Shown: in pieces, positions 11,086 to 26,000 of the stretch
Position numbering within the stretch: the stretch's first letter is position 1
Layout: each line of letters opens with the position of its first letter
Source: Laetmonice hystrix
Taxonomy: Eukaryota
Direction: 5' to 3'
DNA: 64,000 nt
Assembly: GCA_965235115.1 (NCBI GenBank)
Contig: OZ249436.1
Coordinates: 51,958,001-52,022,000, forward strand
Made by a program: the position numbers and the translations under genes
The notes under the pieces: generated by a model
Told to the model about the DNA's origin: nothing
Databases searched by the model: none
The model's input: only the letters and a program-made list of their open reading frames with translations

Positions 11086-14000
11086 GTGTTTGCATGGCTA
11101 CTACGCCAGTCTGTAAGATGTAGGGACTTTTCACTCTACTGGTTGGCCTCCTACACTGCTTGGCCCCACAGTGTACTGTTTGGCCTCACTGTAGTGTTCG
11201 CTTGGCTGCTAGGCCGGCCAGTATACCCTGTAGCGATTCCCCCTGTACTTTTTGACCTCCCTGTACCGTTTGCTTGTATACAAGAGTAGCCAGTAGTATA
11301 GGGACGCCTCATGTTTCATGTTTCCATGCCTTTATTGTCTAGGAGGCAGGCCATACGTTTCGTCTATATCATCTACTCCAATCTAATCTGTGTCCCCTAC
11401 AGACCATCTGTAAGCGTCCGACAACGTTGTCAGGTCGTCCCAATGACTGTTTGCCGTAAAGGTTTAGTTAAACAATGGCAAATGACGTTTTACGCCTTTT
11501 CTATATCAGATATCCCATCTCCAAGTAACAAACAAACAAAGAAGGATGACACAGAGATGTTCCAGGCAGAAAACACCAGGGTGCAGTGAAGGGGCGGCGG
11601 CCGCTGCGACTGCACTGCTACCTTCCGGCTAGCGGTGGAACCACCACCTTGCCGGGCTGGCAGGCACCTGTGGCTCTGAGGCGAGAGACAGGTTAAAGCA
11701 ATGATAAGCGAAAAAAGGCTACATTTTTGATACGTCCAATCGAAACTACGCCCCCCATAATTATGATTCTTAGGCCAGATGTATGACTATCAAACGTATA
11801 GGTCTCGTACGTTCGCTACAGATATATCTGGTTGTGATGTGTAGGCCAATGTACACTTCCCATATTTGAGTATCTTTTCCAGATTTTAACATTAGATGCT
11901 CCTCGCCTGTAGCTTTTTTTTCCCACAACCTTACTGTAGTGTTTGCATGGCTACTACGCCAGTCTGTAAGATGTAGGGACTTCTCACTGTACTGGTTGGC
12001 CTCCTACACTGCTTGGCCCCACAGTGTACTGTTTGGCCTCACTGTAGTGTTCGCTTGGCTGCTAGGCCGGCCAGTATACCCTGTAGCGATTCCCCCTGTA
12101 CTGTTTGGCCTCTCTGTACCGTTTGCTTGTATACAAGAGTAGCCAGTAGTATAGGGACGCCTCATGTTTCATGTTTCCATGCCTTTATTGTCCAGGAGGC
12201 AGGCCATACGTTTCGTCTATATAATCCACTCCAATCTAATCTGTGTCCCCTACAGACCATCTGTAAGCGTCCGACAACGTTGTCAGGTCGTCCCAATGAC
12301 TGTTTGCCGTAAAGGTTTAGTTAACAATGGCAAACGACGTTTTACGCCTTTTCTATATCAGATATCCCATCCCCAAGTAACAAACAAACAAAGAAGGATG
12401 ACACAGAGATGTTCCTGGCAGAAAACACCAGGGTGCAGTGAAGGGGCGGCGGCCGCTGCGACTGCACTGCTATACCTTCCGGCTAGCGGTGGGACCACCA
12501 CCTGGCCGGGCTGGAAGGCACCTGTGGCTCTGAGGCGAGAGACAGGTTAAAGCAATGGTAAGCGAAAAAAGGCTACATTTTTGATACGTCCAATCGAAAC
12601 TACGCCCCCATATTTATGATTCTTTGGCCAGATGTATGACTATCAAACGTATAGGTCTCGTACGTTCGCTACAGATATATCTGGTTGTGATGTGTAGGCC
12701 AATGTACACTTCCCATTTGAGTATCTTTTCCAGATTTTAACATTAGATGCTCCTCGCTTTAGCTTTCTTTTTCCACAACCTCACTGTAGTGTTTGCATGG
12801 CTACTACGCCAGTCTGTAAGATGTAGGGACTTCTCACTCTACCGGTTGGCCTCCTACACTGCTTGGCCCCACAGTGTACTGTTTCGCCTCAGTGTAGTGT
12901 TCGCTTGACTGCTAAGCCGGCCAGTATACCCTGTAGCGATTCCCCCTGTACTGTTTGGCCTCCCTGTACCGTTTGCTTGTATACAAGAGTAGCCAGTAGT
13001 ATAGGGACGCCTCATGTTTCATGTTTCCATGCCTTTATTGTCCAGGAGGCAAGCCATACGTTTCATCTATATCATCTACTCCAATCTAATCTGTGTCCCC
13101 TACAGACCATCTGTAAGCGTCCGACAACGTTGTCAGGTCGTCCCAATGACTGTTTGCCGTAAAGGTTTAGTTAAACAATGGCAAATGACGTTTTACGCCT
13201 TTTCTATATCAGATATCCCATCTCCAAGTAACAAACAAACAAAGAAGGATGACACAGAGATGTTCCAGCAGAAAACACCAGGGTGCAGTGAAGGGGCGGC
13301 GGCCGCTGCGACTGCACTGCTACCTTCCGGCTAGCGGTGGAACCACCACCTTGCCGGGCTGGCAGGCACCTGTGGCTCTGAGGCGAGAGACAGGTTAAAG
13401 CAATGATAAGCGAAAAAAGGCTACATTTTTGATACGTCCAATCGAAACTACGCCCCCCATAATTATGATTCTTAGGCCAGATGTATGACTATCAAACGTA
13501 TAGGTCTCGTACGTTCGCTACAGATATATCTGGTTGTGATGTGTAGGCCAATGTACACTTCCCATTTGAGTATCTTTTCCAGATTTTAACATTAGATGCT
13601 CCTCGCCTGTAGCTTTCTTTTTCCACAACCTCACTTTAGTGTTTGCATGGCTACTACGCCAGTCTGTAAAATGTAGGGACTTCTCACTCTACTGGTTGGC
13701 CTCCTACACTGCTTGGCCCCACAGTGTACTGTTTGGCCTAACTGTAGTGTTCGCTTGGCTGTTTGGCCGGCCAGTATACCCTGTAGCGATTCCCCCTGTA
13801 CTGTTTGGCCTCCCTGTACCGTTTGCTTGTATACAAGAGTAGCCAGTAGTATAGGGACGCCTCATGTTTCATGTTTCCATGCCTTTATTGTCCAGGAGGC
13901 AGGCCATACGTTTCGTCTATATAATCCACTCCAATCTAATCTGTGTCCCCTACAGACCATCTGTAAGCGTCCGACAACGTTGTCAGGTCGTCCCAATGAC

Positions 14001-17000
14001 TGTTTGCCGTAAAGGTTTAGTTAAACAATGGCAAATGACGTTTTACGCCTTTTCTATATCAGATATCCCATCTCCAAGTAACAAACAAGCAAAGAAGGAT
14101 GACACAGAGATGTTCCAGCAGAAAACACCAGGGTGTAGTGAAGGGGCGGCGGCCGCTGCGACTGCACTGCTACCTTCCGGCTGGCGGTGGAACCACCACC
14201 TGGCCGGGCTGGCAGGCACCTGTGGCTCTGAGGCGAGAGACAGGTTAAAGCAATGGTAAGCGAAAAAAGGCTACATTTTTGACACGTCCAATCGAAACTA
14301 CGCCCCCCATAATTATGATTCTTAGGCCAGATGTATGACTATCAAACGTATAGGTCTCGTACGTTCGCTACAGATATATCTGGTTGTGATGTGTAGGCCA
14401 ATGTACACTTCCCATTTGAGTATCTTTTCCAGATTTTAACATTAGATGCTCCTCGCCTGTAGCTTTCTTTTTCCACAACCTCACTTTAGTGTTTGCATGG
14501 CTACTACGCCAGTCTGTAAGATGTAGGGACTTCTCACTCTACTGGTTGGCCTCCTACACTGCTTGGCCCCACAGTGTACTGTTTGGCCTAACTGTAGTGT
14601 TCGCTTGGCTGTTGGGCCGGCCAGTATACCCTGTAGCGATTCCCCCTGTACTGTTTGGCCTCCCTGTACCGTTTGCTTGTATACAAGAGTAGCCAGTAGT
14701 ATAGGGACGCCTCATGTTTCATGTTTCCATGCCTTTATTGTTCAGGAGGCAAGCCATACGTTTCATCTATATCATCTACTCCAATCTAATCTGTGTCCCC
14801 TACAGACCATCTGTAAGCGTCCGACAACGTTGTCAGGTCGTCCCAATGACTGTTTGGCGTAAAGGTTTAGTTAACAATGGCAAATGACGTTTTACGCCTT
14901 TTCTATATAGGATATCCCATCCCCAAGTAATAAACAAACAAAGAAAGATGACACAGAGATGTTGCAGGCAGAAAACACCAGGGTGCAGTGAAGGGGCGGC
15001 GGCCGCTGCGACTGCACTGCTACCTTCCGGCTAGCGGTGGAACCACCACCTGGCCGGGCTGGCAGGCACCTGTGGCTCTGAGGCGAGAGACAGGTTAAAG
15101 CAATGGTAAGCGAAAAAAGGCTACATTTTTGACACGTCCAATCGAAACTACGCCCCCCATAATTATGATTCTTAGGCCAGATGTATGACTATCAAACGTA
15201 TAGGTCTCGTACGTTCGCTACAGATATATCTGGTTGTGATGTGTAGGCCAATGTACACTTCCCATTTGAGTATCTTTTCCAGATTTTAACATTAGATGCT
15301 CCTCGCCTGTAGCTTTCTTTTTCCACAACCTCACTTTAGTGTTTGCATGGCTACTACGCCAGTCTGTAAGATGTAGGGACTTCTCACTCTACTGGTTGGC
15401 CTCCTACACTGCTTGGCCCCACAGTGTACTGTTTGGCCTAACTGTAGTGTTCGCTTGGCTGTTGGGCCGGCCAGTATACCCTGTAGCGATTCCCCCTGTA
15501 CTGTTTGGCCTCCCTGTACCGTTTGCTTGTATACAAGAGTAGCCAGTAGTATAGGGACGCCTCATGTTTCATGTTTCCATGCCTTTATTGTCCAGGAGGC
15601 AGGCCATACGTTTCGTCTATATAATCCACTCCAATCTAATCTGTGTCCCCTACAGACCATCTGTAAGCGTCCGACAACGTTGTCAGGTCGTCCCAATGAC
15701 TGTTTGCCGTAAAGGTTTAGTTAACAATGGCAAACGACGTTTTACGCCTTTTCTATATCAGATATCCTATCCCCAAGTAACAAACAAACAAAGAAGGATG
15801 ACACAGAGATGTTCCTGGCAGAAAACACCAGGGTGCAGTGAAGGGGCGGCGGCCGCTGCGACTGCACTGCTACCTTCCGGCTAGCGGTGGAACCACCACC
15901 TGGCCGGGCTGGCAGGCACCTGTGGCTCTGAGGCGAGAGACAGGTTAAAGCAATGGTAAGCGAAAAAAGGCTACATTTTTGATACGTCCAATCGAAACTA
16001 CGCCCCCCATAATTATGATTCTTTGGCCAGATGTATGACTATCAAACGTATAGGTCTCGTACGTTCGCTACAGATATATCTGGTTGTGATGTGTAGGCCA
16101 ATGTACACTTCCCATTTGAGTATCTTTTCCAGATTTTAACATTAGATGCTCCTCGCCTGTAGCTTTCTTTTTCCACAACCTCACTGTAGTGTTTGCATGG
16201 CTACTACGCCAGTCTGTAAGATGTAGGGACTTCTCACTCTACCGGTTGGCCTCCTACACTGCTTGGCCCCACAGTGTACTGTTTCGCCTCAGTGTAGTGT
16301 TCGCTTGACTGCTAAGCCGGCCAGTATACCCTGTAGCGATTCCCCCTGTACTGTTTGGCCTCCCTGTACCGTTTGCTTGTATACAAGAGTAGCCAGTAGT
16401 ATAGGGACGCCTCATGTTTCATGTTTCCATGCCTTTATTGTCCAGGAGGCAAGCCATACGTTTCATCTATATCATCTACTCCAATCTAATCTGTGTCCCC
16501 TACAGACCATCTGTAAGCGTCCGACAACGTTGTCAGGTCGTCCCAATGACTGTTTGCCGTAAAGGTTTAGTTAAACAATGGCAAATGACGTTTTACGCCT
16601 TTTCTATATCAGATATCCCATCTCCAAGTAACAAACAAACAAAGAAGGATGACACAGAGATGTTCCAGCAGAAAACACCAGGGTGCAGTGAAGGGGCGGC
16701 GGCCGCTGCGACTGCACTGCTACCTTCCGGCTAGCGGTGGAACCACCACCTTGCCGGGCTGGCAGGCACCTGTGGCTCTGAGGCGAGAGACAGGTTAAAG
16801 CAATGATAAGCGAAAAAAGGCTACATTTTTGATACGTCCAATCGAAACTACGCCCCCCATAATTATGATTCTTAGGCCAGATGTATGACTATCAAACGTA
16901 TAGGTCTCGTACGTTCGCTACAGATATATCTGGTTGTGATGTGTAGGCCAATGTACACTTCCCATTTGAGTATCTTTTCCAGATTTTAACATTAGATGCT

Positions 17001-20000
17001 CCTCGCCTGTAGCTTTCTTTTTCCACAACCTCACTTTAGTGTTTGCATGGCTACTACGCCAGTCTGTAAGATGTAGGGACTTCTCACTCTACTGGTTGGC
17101 CTCCTACACTGCTTGGCCCCACAGTGTACTGTTTGGCCTAACTGTAGTGTTCGCTTGGCTGTTTGGCCGGCCAGTATACCCTGTAGCGATTCCCCCTGTA
17201 CTGTTTGGCCTCCCTGTACCGTTTGCTTGTATACAAGAGTAGCCAGTAGTATAGGGACGCCTCATGTTTCATGTTTCCATGCCTTTATTGTCCAGGAGGC
17301 AGGCCATACGTTTCGTCTATATAATCCACTCCAATCTAATCTGTGTCCCCTACAGACCATCTGTAAGCGTCCGACAACGTTGTCAGGTCGTCCCAATGAC
17401 TGTTTGCCGTAAAGGGTTAGTTAACAATGGCAAACGACGTTTTACGCCTTTTCTATATCAGATATCCCATCCCCAAGTAACAAACAAACAAAGAAGGATG
17501 ACACAGAGATGTTCCAGCAGAAAACACCAGGGTGCAGTGAAGGGGCGGCGGCCGCTGCGACTGCACTGCTACCTTCCGGCTAGCGGTGGAACCACCACCT
17601 TGCCGGGCTGGCAGGCACCTGTGGCTCTGAGGCGAGAGACAGGTTAAAGCAATGATAAGCGAAAAAAGGCTACATTTTTGATACGTCCAATCGAAACTAC
17701 GTCCCCATATTTATGATTCTTTGGCCAGATGTATGACTATCAAACGTATAGGTCTCGTACGTTCGCTACAGATATATCTGCTTGTGATGTGTAGGCCAAT
17801 GTACACTTCCCATTTGAGTATCTTTTCCAGATTTTAACATTAGATGCTCCTCGCCTGTAGCTTTCTTTTTCCATAACCTCACTGTAGTGTTTGCATGGCT
17901 ACTACGCCAGTCTGTAAGATGTAGGGACTTTTCACTCTACTGGTTGGCCTCCTACACTGCTTGGCCCCACAGTGTACTGTTTGGCCTCACTGTAGTGTTC
18001 GCTTGGCTGCTAGGCCGGCCAGTATACCCTGTAGCGATTCCCCCTGTACTTTTTGACCTCCCTGTACCGTTTGCTTGTATACAAGAGTAGCCAGTAGTAT
18101 AGGGACGCCTCATGTTTCATGTTTCCATGCCTTTATTGTCTAGGAGGCAGGCCATACGTTTCGTCTATATCATCTACTCCAATCTAATCTGTGTCCCCAA
18201 CAGACCATCTGTAAGCGTCCGACAACGTTGTCAGGTCGTCCCAATGACTGTTTGCCGTAAAGGTTTAGTTAAACAATGGCAAATGACGTTTTACGCCTTT
18301 TCTATATCAGATATCCCATCTCCAAGTAACAAACAAACAAAGAAGGATGACACAGAGTTGTTCCAGGCAGAAAACACCAGGGTGCAGTGAAGGGGCGGCG
18401 GCTGCTGCGACTGCACTGCTACCTTCCGGCTAGCGGTGGAACCACCACCTTGCCGGGCTGGCAGGCACCTGTGGCTCTGAGGCGAGAGACAGGTTAAAGC
18501 AATGATAAGCGAAAAAAGGCTACATTTTTGATACGTCCAATCGAAACTACGCCCCCCATAATTATGATTCTTAGGCCAGATGTATGACTATCAAACGTAT
18601 AGGGGTCATACGTTCGCTACAGATATATCTGGTTGTGATGTGTAGGCCAATGTACACTTCCCATTTGAGTATCTTTTCCAGATTTTAACATTAGATGCTC
18701 CTCGCCTGTAGCTTTCTTTTTCCACAACCTTACTGTAGTGTTTGCATGGCTACTACGCCAGTCTGTAAGATGTAGGGACTTCTCACTCTACTGGTTGGCC
18801 TCCTACACTGCTTGGCCCCACAGTGTACTGTTTCGCCTCACTGTAGTGTTCGCTTGGCTGCTAGGCCGGCCAGTATACCCTGTAGCGATTCCCCCTGTAC
18901 TGTTTGGCCTCCCTGTACCGTTTGCTTGTATACAAGAGTAGCCAGTAGTATAGGGACGCCTCATGTTTCATGTTTCCATGCCTTTATTGTCCAGGAGGCA
19001 GGCAATACGTTTCGTCTATATCATCTACTCCAATCTAATCTGTGTCCCCTACAGACCATCTGTAAGCGTCCGACAACGTTGTCAGGTCGTCCCAATGACT
19101 GTTTGCCGTAAAGGGTTAGTTAACAATGGCAAATGACGTTTTACGCCTTTTCTATATCAGATATCCCATCTCCAAGTAACAAACAAACAAAGAAGGATGA
19201 CACAGAGATGTTCCAGCAGAAAACACCAGGGTGCAGTGAAGGGGCGGCGGCCGCTGCGACTGCACTGCTACCTTCCGGCTAGCGGTGGAACCACCACCTT
19301 GCCGGGCTGGCAGGCACCTGTGGCTCTGAGGCGAGAGACAGGTTAAAGCAATGATAAGCGAAAAAAGGCTACATTTTTGATACGTCCAATCGAAACTACG
19401 CCCCCCATAATTATGATTCTTAGGCCAGATGTATGACTATCAAACGTATAGGTCTCGTACGTTCGCTACAGATATATCTGGTTGTGATGTGTAGGCCAAT
19501 GTACACTTCCCATATTTGAGTATCTTTTCCACATTTTAACATTAGATGCTCCTCGCCTGTAGCTTTTTTTTCCCACAACCTTACTGTAGTGTTTGCATGG
19601 CTACTACGCCAGTCTGTAAGATGTAGGGACTTCTCACTCTACTGGTTGGCCTCCTACACTGCTTGGCCCCACAGTGTACTGTTTGGCCTCACTGTAGTGT
19701 TCGCTTGGCTGCTAGGCCGGCCAGTATACCCTGTAGCGATTCCCCCTGTACTGTTTGGCCTCCCTGTACCGTTTGCTTGTATACAAGAGTAGCCAGTAGT
19801 ATAGGGACGCCTCATGTTTCATGTTTCCATGACTTTATTGTCCAGGAGGCAGGCCACACGTTTCGTCTATATCTTCAACTCCAATCTAATCTGTGTCCCC
19901 TACAGACCATCTGTAAACGTCCGACAACGTTGTCAGGTCGTCCCAATGACTGTTTGCCGTAAAGGTTTAGTTAACAATGGCAAATGACGTTTTACGCCTT

Positions 20001-23000
20001 TTCTATATCAGATATCCCATCCCCAAGTAATAAACAAACAAAGAAAGATGACACAGAGATGTTGCAGGCAGAAAACACCAGGGTGCAGTGAAGGGGCGGC
20101 GGCCGCTGCGACTGCACTGCTACCTTCCGGCTAGCGGTGGAACCACCACCTGGCCGGGCTGGCAGGCACCTGTGGCTCTGAGGCGAGAGACAGGTTAAAG
20201 CAATGATAAGCGAAAAAAGGCTATATTTTTGACACGTCCAATCGAAACTACGCCCCCCATAATTATGATTCTTAGGCCAGATGTATGACTATCAAACGTA
20301 TAGGTCTCGTACGTTCGCTACAGATATATCTGGTTGTGATGTGTAGGCCAATGTACACTTCCCATTTGAGTATCTTTTCCAGATTTTAACATTAGATGCT
20401 CCTCGCCTGTAGCTTTCTTTTTCCACAACCTCACTTTAGTGTTTGCATGGCTACTACGCCAGTCTGTAAGATGTAGGGACTTCTCACTCTACTGGTTGGC
20501 CTCCTACACTGCTTGGCCCCACAGTGTACTGTTTGGCCTAACTGTAGTGTTCGCTTGGCTGCTAGGCCGGCCAGTATACCCTGTAGCGATTCCCCCTGTA
20601 CTGTTTGGCCTCCCTGTACCGTTTGCTTGTATACAAGAGTAGCCAGTAGTATAGGGACGCCTCATGTTTCATGTTTCCATGCCTTTATTGTCCAGGAGGC
20701 AGGCCATACGTTTCGTCTATATAATCCACTCCAATATAATCTGTGTCCCCTACAGACCATCTGTAAGCGTCCGACAACGTTGTGAGGTCGTCCCAATGAC
20801 TGTTTGCCGTCAAGGGTTAGTTAAACAATGGCAAATGACGTTTTACGCCTTTTCTATATCAGATATCCCATCTCCAAGTAACAAACAAACAAAGAAGGAT
20901 GACACAGAGATGTTCCAGCAGAAAACACCAGGGTGCAGTGAAGGGGCGGCGGCCGCTGCGACTGCACTGCTACCTTCCGGCTAGCGGTGGAACCACCACC
21001 TTGCCGGGCTGGCAGGCACCTGTGGCTCTGAGGCGAGAGACAGGTTAAAGCAATGATAAGCGAAAAAAGGCTACATTTTTGATACGTCCAATCGAAACTA
21101 CGCCCCCCATAATTATGATTCTTAGGCCAGATGTATGACTATCAAACGTATAGGTCTCGTACGTTCGCTACAGATATATCTGGTTGTGATGTGTAGGCCA
21201 ATGTACACTTCCCATATTTGAGTATCTTTTCCACATTTTAACATTAGATGCTCCTCGCCTGTAGCTTTTTTTTCCCACAACCTTACTGTAGTGTTTGCAT
21301 GGCTACTACGCCAGTCTGTAAGATGTAGGGACTTCTCACTCTACTGGTTGGCCTCCTACACTGCTTGGCCCCACAGTGTACTGTTTGGCCTCACTGTAGT
21401 GTTCGCTTGGCTGCTAGGCCGGCCAGTATACCCTGTAGCGATTCCCCCTGTACTGTTTGGCCTCCCTGTACCGTTTGCTTGTATACAAGAGTAGCCAGTA
21501 GTATAGGGACGCCTCATGTTTCATGTTTCCATGACTTTATTGTCCAGGAGGCAGGCCAAACGTTTCGTCTATATCATCTACTCCAATCTAATCCGTGTCC
21601 CCTACAGACCATCTGTAAGCGTCCGACAACGTTGTCAGGTCGTCCCAATGACGGTTTGCCGTAAAGGGTTAGTTAACAATGGCAAATGACGTTTTACGCC
21701 TTTTCTATATCAGATATCCCATCTCCAAGTAACAAACAAACAAAGAAGGATGACACAGAGATGTTCCAGCAGAAAACACCAGGGTGCAGTGAAGGGGCGG
21801 CGGCCGCTGCGACTGCACTGCTACCTTCCGGCTAGCGGTGGAACCACCACCTGGCCGGGCTGGCAGGCACCTGTGGCTCTGAGGCGAGAGACAGGTTAAA
21901 ACAATGATAAGCGAAAAAAGGCTACATTTTTGATACGTCCAATCGAAACTACGCCCCCCATAATTATGATTCTTAGGCCAGATGTATGACTATCAAACGT
22001 ATAGGTCTCGTACGTTCGCTACAGATATATCTGGTTGTGATGTGTAGGCCAATGTACACTTCCCATTTGAGTATCTTTTCCACATTTTAACATTAGATGC
22101 TCCTCGCCTGTAGCTTTCTTTTTCCACAACCTCACTTTAGTGTTTACATGGCTACTACGCCAGTCTGTAAGATGTAGGGACTTCTCACTCTACTGGTTGG
22201 CCTCCTACACGGCTTGGCCCCACAGTGTACTGTTTGGCCTCACTGTAGTGTTCGCTTGGCTGTTGGGCCGGCCAGTATACCCTGTAGCGATTCCCCCTGT
22301 ACTGTTTGGCCTCCCTGTACCGTTTGCTTGTATACAAGAGTAGCCAGTAGTATAGGGACGCCTCATGTTTCATGTTTCCATGCCTTTATTGTCCAGGAGG
22401 CAGGCCATACGTTTCGTCTATATCATCTACTCCAATCTAATCTGTGTCCCCTACAGACCATCTGTAAGCGTCCGACAACGTTGTCAGGTCGTCACAATGA
22501 CTGTTTGCCGTAAAGGTTTAGTTACCAATGGCAAATGACGTTTTACGCCTTTGCTATATCAGATATCCCATCCCCAAGTAACAAACAAACAAAGAAGGAT
22601 GACACAGAGATGTTCCAGGCAGAAAACACCAGGGTGCAGTGAAGGGGCGGCGGCCGCTGCGACTGCACTGCTACCTTCCGGCTAGCGGTGGAACCACCAC
22701 CTGGCCGGGCTGGCAGGCACCTGTGGCTCTGAGGCGAGAGACAGGTTAAAGCAATGATAAGCGAAGAAAGGCTACATTTTTGATACGTCCAATCGAAACT
22801 ACGCCCCCCCCCCCCATAATTATGATTCTTAGGCCAGATGTATGACTATCAAACGTATAGGTCTCGTACGTTCGCTACAGATATATCTGGTTGTGATGTG
22901 TAGGCCAATGTACACTTCCCATATTTGAGTATCTTTTCCAGATTTTAACATTAGATGCTCCTCGCCTGTAGCTTTTTTTTCCCACAACCTTACTGTAGTG

Positions 23001-26000
23001 TTTGCATGGCTACTACGCCAGTCTGTAAGATGTAGGGACTTCTCACTGTACTGGTTGGCCTCCTACACTGCTTGGCCCCACAGTGTACTGTTTGGCCTCA
23101 CTGTAGTGTTCGCTTGGCTGCTAGGCCGGCCAGTATACCCTGTAGCGATTCCCCCTGTACTGTTTGGCCTCCCTGTACCGTTTGCTTGTATACAAGAGTA
23201 GCCAGTAGTATAGGGACGCCTCATGTTTCATGTTTCCATGACTTTATTGTCCAGGAGGCAGGCCATACGTTTCGTCTATATCATCTACTCCAATCTAATC
23301 TGTGTCCCCTACAGACCATCTGTCAGCGTCCGACAACGTTGTCAGGTCGTCCCAATGACTGTTTGCCGTAAAGGGTTAGTTAACAATGGCAAATGACGTT
23401 TTACGCCTTTTCTATATCAGATATCCCATCTCCAAGTAACAAACAAACAAAGAAGGATGACACAGAGATGTTCCAGCAGAAAACACCAGGGTGCAGTGAA
23501 GGGGCGGCGGCCGCTGCGACTGCACTGCTACCTTCCGGCTAGCGGTGGAACCACCACCTGGCCGGGCTGGCAGGCACCTGTGGCTCTGAGGCGAGAGACA
23601 GGTTAAAACAATGATAAGCGAAAAAAGGCTACATTTTTGATACGTCCAATCGAAACTACGCCCCCCATAATTATGATTCTTAGGCCAGATGTATGACTAT
23701 CAAACGTATAGGTCTCGTACGTTCGCTACAGATATATCTGGTTGTGATGTGTAGGCCAATGTACACTTCCCATTTGAGTATCTTTTCCAGATTTTAACAT
23801 TAGATGCTCCTCGCCTGTAGCTTTCTTTTTCCACAACCTCACTTTAGTGTTTGCATGGCTACTACGCCAGTCTGTAAGATGTAGGGACTTCTCACTCTAC
23901 TGGTTGGCCTCCTACACGACTTGGCCCCACAGTGTACTGTTTGGCCTCACTGTAGTGTTCGCTTGGCTGTTGGGCCGGCCAGTATACCCTGTAGCGATTC
24001 CCCCTGTACTGTTTGGCCTCCCTGTACCGTTTGCTTGTATACAAGAGTAGCCAGTAGCATAGGGACGCCTCATGTTTCATGTTTCCATGCCTTTATTGTC
24101 CAGGAGGCAGGCCATACGTTTCGTCTATATCATCTACTCCAATCTAATCTGTGTCCCCTACAGACCATCTGTAAGCGTCCGACAACGTTGTCAGGTCGTC
24201 CCAATGACTGTTTGCCGTAAAGGGTTAGTTAACAATGGCAAATGACGTTTTACGCCTTTTCTATATCAGATATCCCATCTCCAAGTAACAAACAAACAAA
24301 GAAGGATGACACAGAGATGTTCCAGCAGAAAACACCAGGGTGCAGTGAAGGGGCGGCGGCCGCTGCGACTGCACTGCTACCTTCCGGCTAGCGGTGGAAC
24401 CACCACCTGGCCGGGCTGGCAGGCACCTGTGGCTCTGAGGCGAGAGACAGGTTAAAGCAATGATAAGCGAAAAAAGGCTACATTTTTGATACGTCCAATC
24501 GAAACTACGTCCCCATATTTATGATTCTTTGGCCAGATGTATGACTATCAAACGTATAGGTCTCGTACGTTCGCTACAGATATATCTGCTTGTGATGTGT
24601 AGGCCAATGTACACTTCCCATTTGAGTATCTTTTCCAGATTTTAACATTAGATGCTCCTCGCCTGTAGCTTTCTTTTTCCATAACCTCACTGTAGTGTTT
24701 GCATGGCTACTACGCCAGTCTGTAAGATGTAGGGACTTTTCACTCTACTGGTTGGCCTCCTACACTGCTTGGCCCCACAGTGTACTGTTTGGCCTCACTG
24801 TAGTGTTCGCTTGGCTGCTAGGCCGGCCAGTATACCCTGTAGCGATTCCCCCTGTACTTTTTGACCTCCCTGTACCGTTTGCTTGTATACAAGAGTAGCC
24901 AGTAGTATAGGGACGCCTCATGTTTCATGTTTCCATGCCTTTATTGTCTAGGAGGCAGGCCATACGTTTCGTCTATATCATCTACTCCAATCTAATCTGT
25001 GTCCCCTACAGACCATCTGTAAGCGTCCGACAACGTTGTCAGGTCGTCCCAATGACTGTTTGCCGTAAAGGGTTAGTTAACAATGGCAAATGACGTTTTA
25101 CGCCTTTTCTATATCAGATATCCCATCTCCAAGTAACAAACAAACAAAGAAGGATGACACAGAGATGTTCCAGCAGAAAACACCAGGGTGCAGTGAAGGG
25201 GCGGCGGCCGCTGCGACTGCACTGCTACCTTCCGGCTAGCGGTGGAACCACCACCTGGCCGGGCTGGCAGGCACCTGTGGCTCTGAGGCGAGAGACAGGT
25301 TAAAGCAATGATAAGCGAAAAAAGGCTACATTTTTGATACGTCCAATCGAAACTACGTCCCCATATTTATGATTCTTTGGCCAGATGTATGACTATCAAA
25401 CGTATAGGTCTCGTACGTTCGCTACAGATATATCTGCTTGTGATGTGTAGGCCAATGTACACTTCCCATTTGAATATCTTTTCCAGATTTTAACATTAGA
25501 TGCTCCTCGCCTGTAGCTTTCTTTTTCCATAACCTCACTGTAGTGTTTGCATGGCTACTACGCCAGTCTGTAAGATGTAGGGACTTTTCACTCTACTGGT
25601 TGGCCTCCTACACTGCTTGGCCCCACAGTGTACTGTTTGGCCTCACTGTAGTGTTCGCTTGGCTGCTAGGCCGGCCAGTATACCCTGTAGCGATTCCCCC
25701 TGTACTTTTTGACCTCCCTGTACCGTTTGCTTGTATACAAGAGTAGCCAGTAGTATAGGGACGCCTCATGTTTCATGTTTCCATGCCTTTATTGTCTAGG
25801 AGGCAGGCCATACGTTTCGTCTATATCATCTACTCCAATCTAATCTGTGTCCCCTACAGACCATCTGTAAGCGTCCGACAACGTTGTCAGGTCGTCCCAA
25901 TGACTGTTTGCCGTAAAGGTTTAGTTAAACAATGGCAAATGACGTTTTACGCCTTTTCTATATCAGATATCCCATCTCCAAGTAACAAACAAACAAAGAA

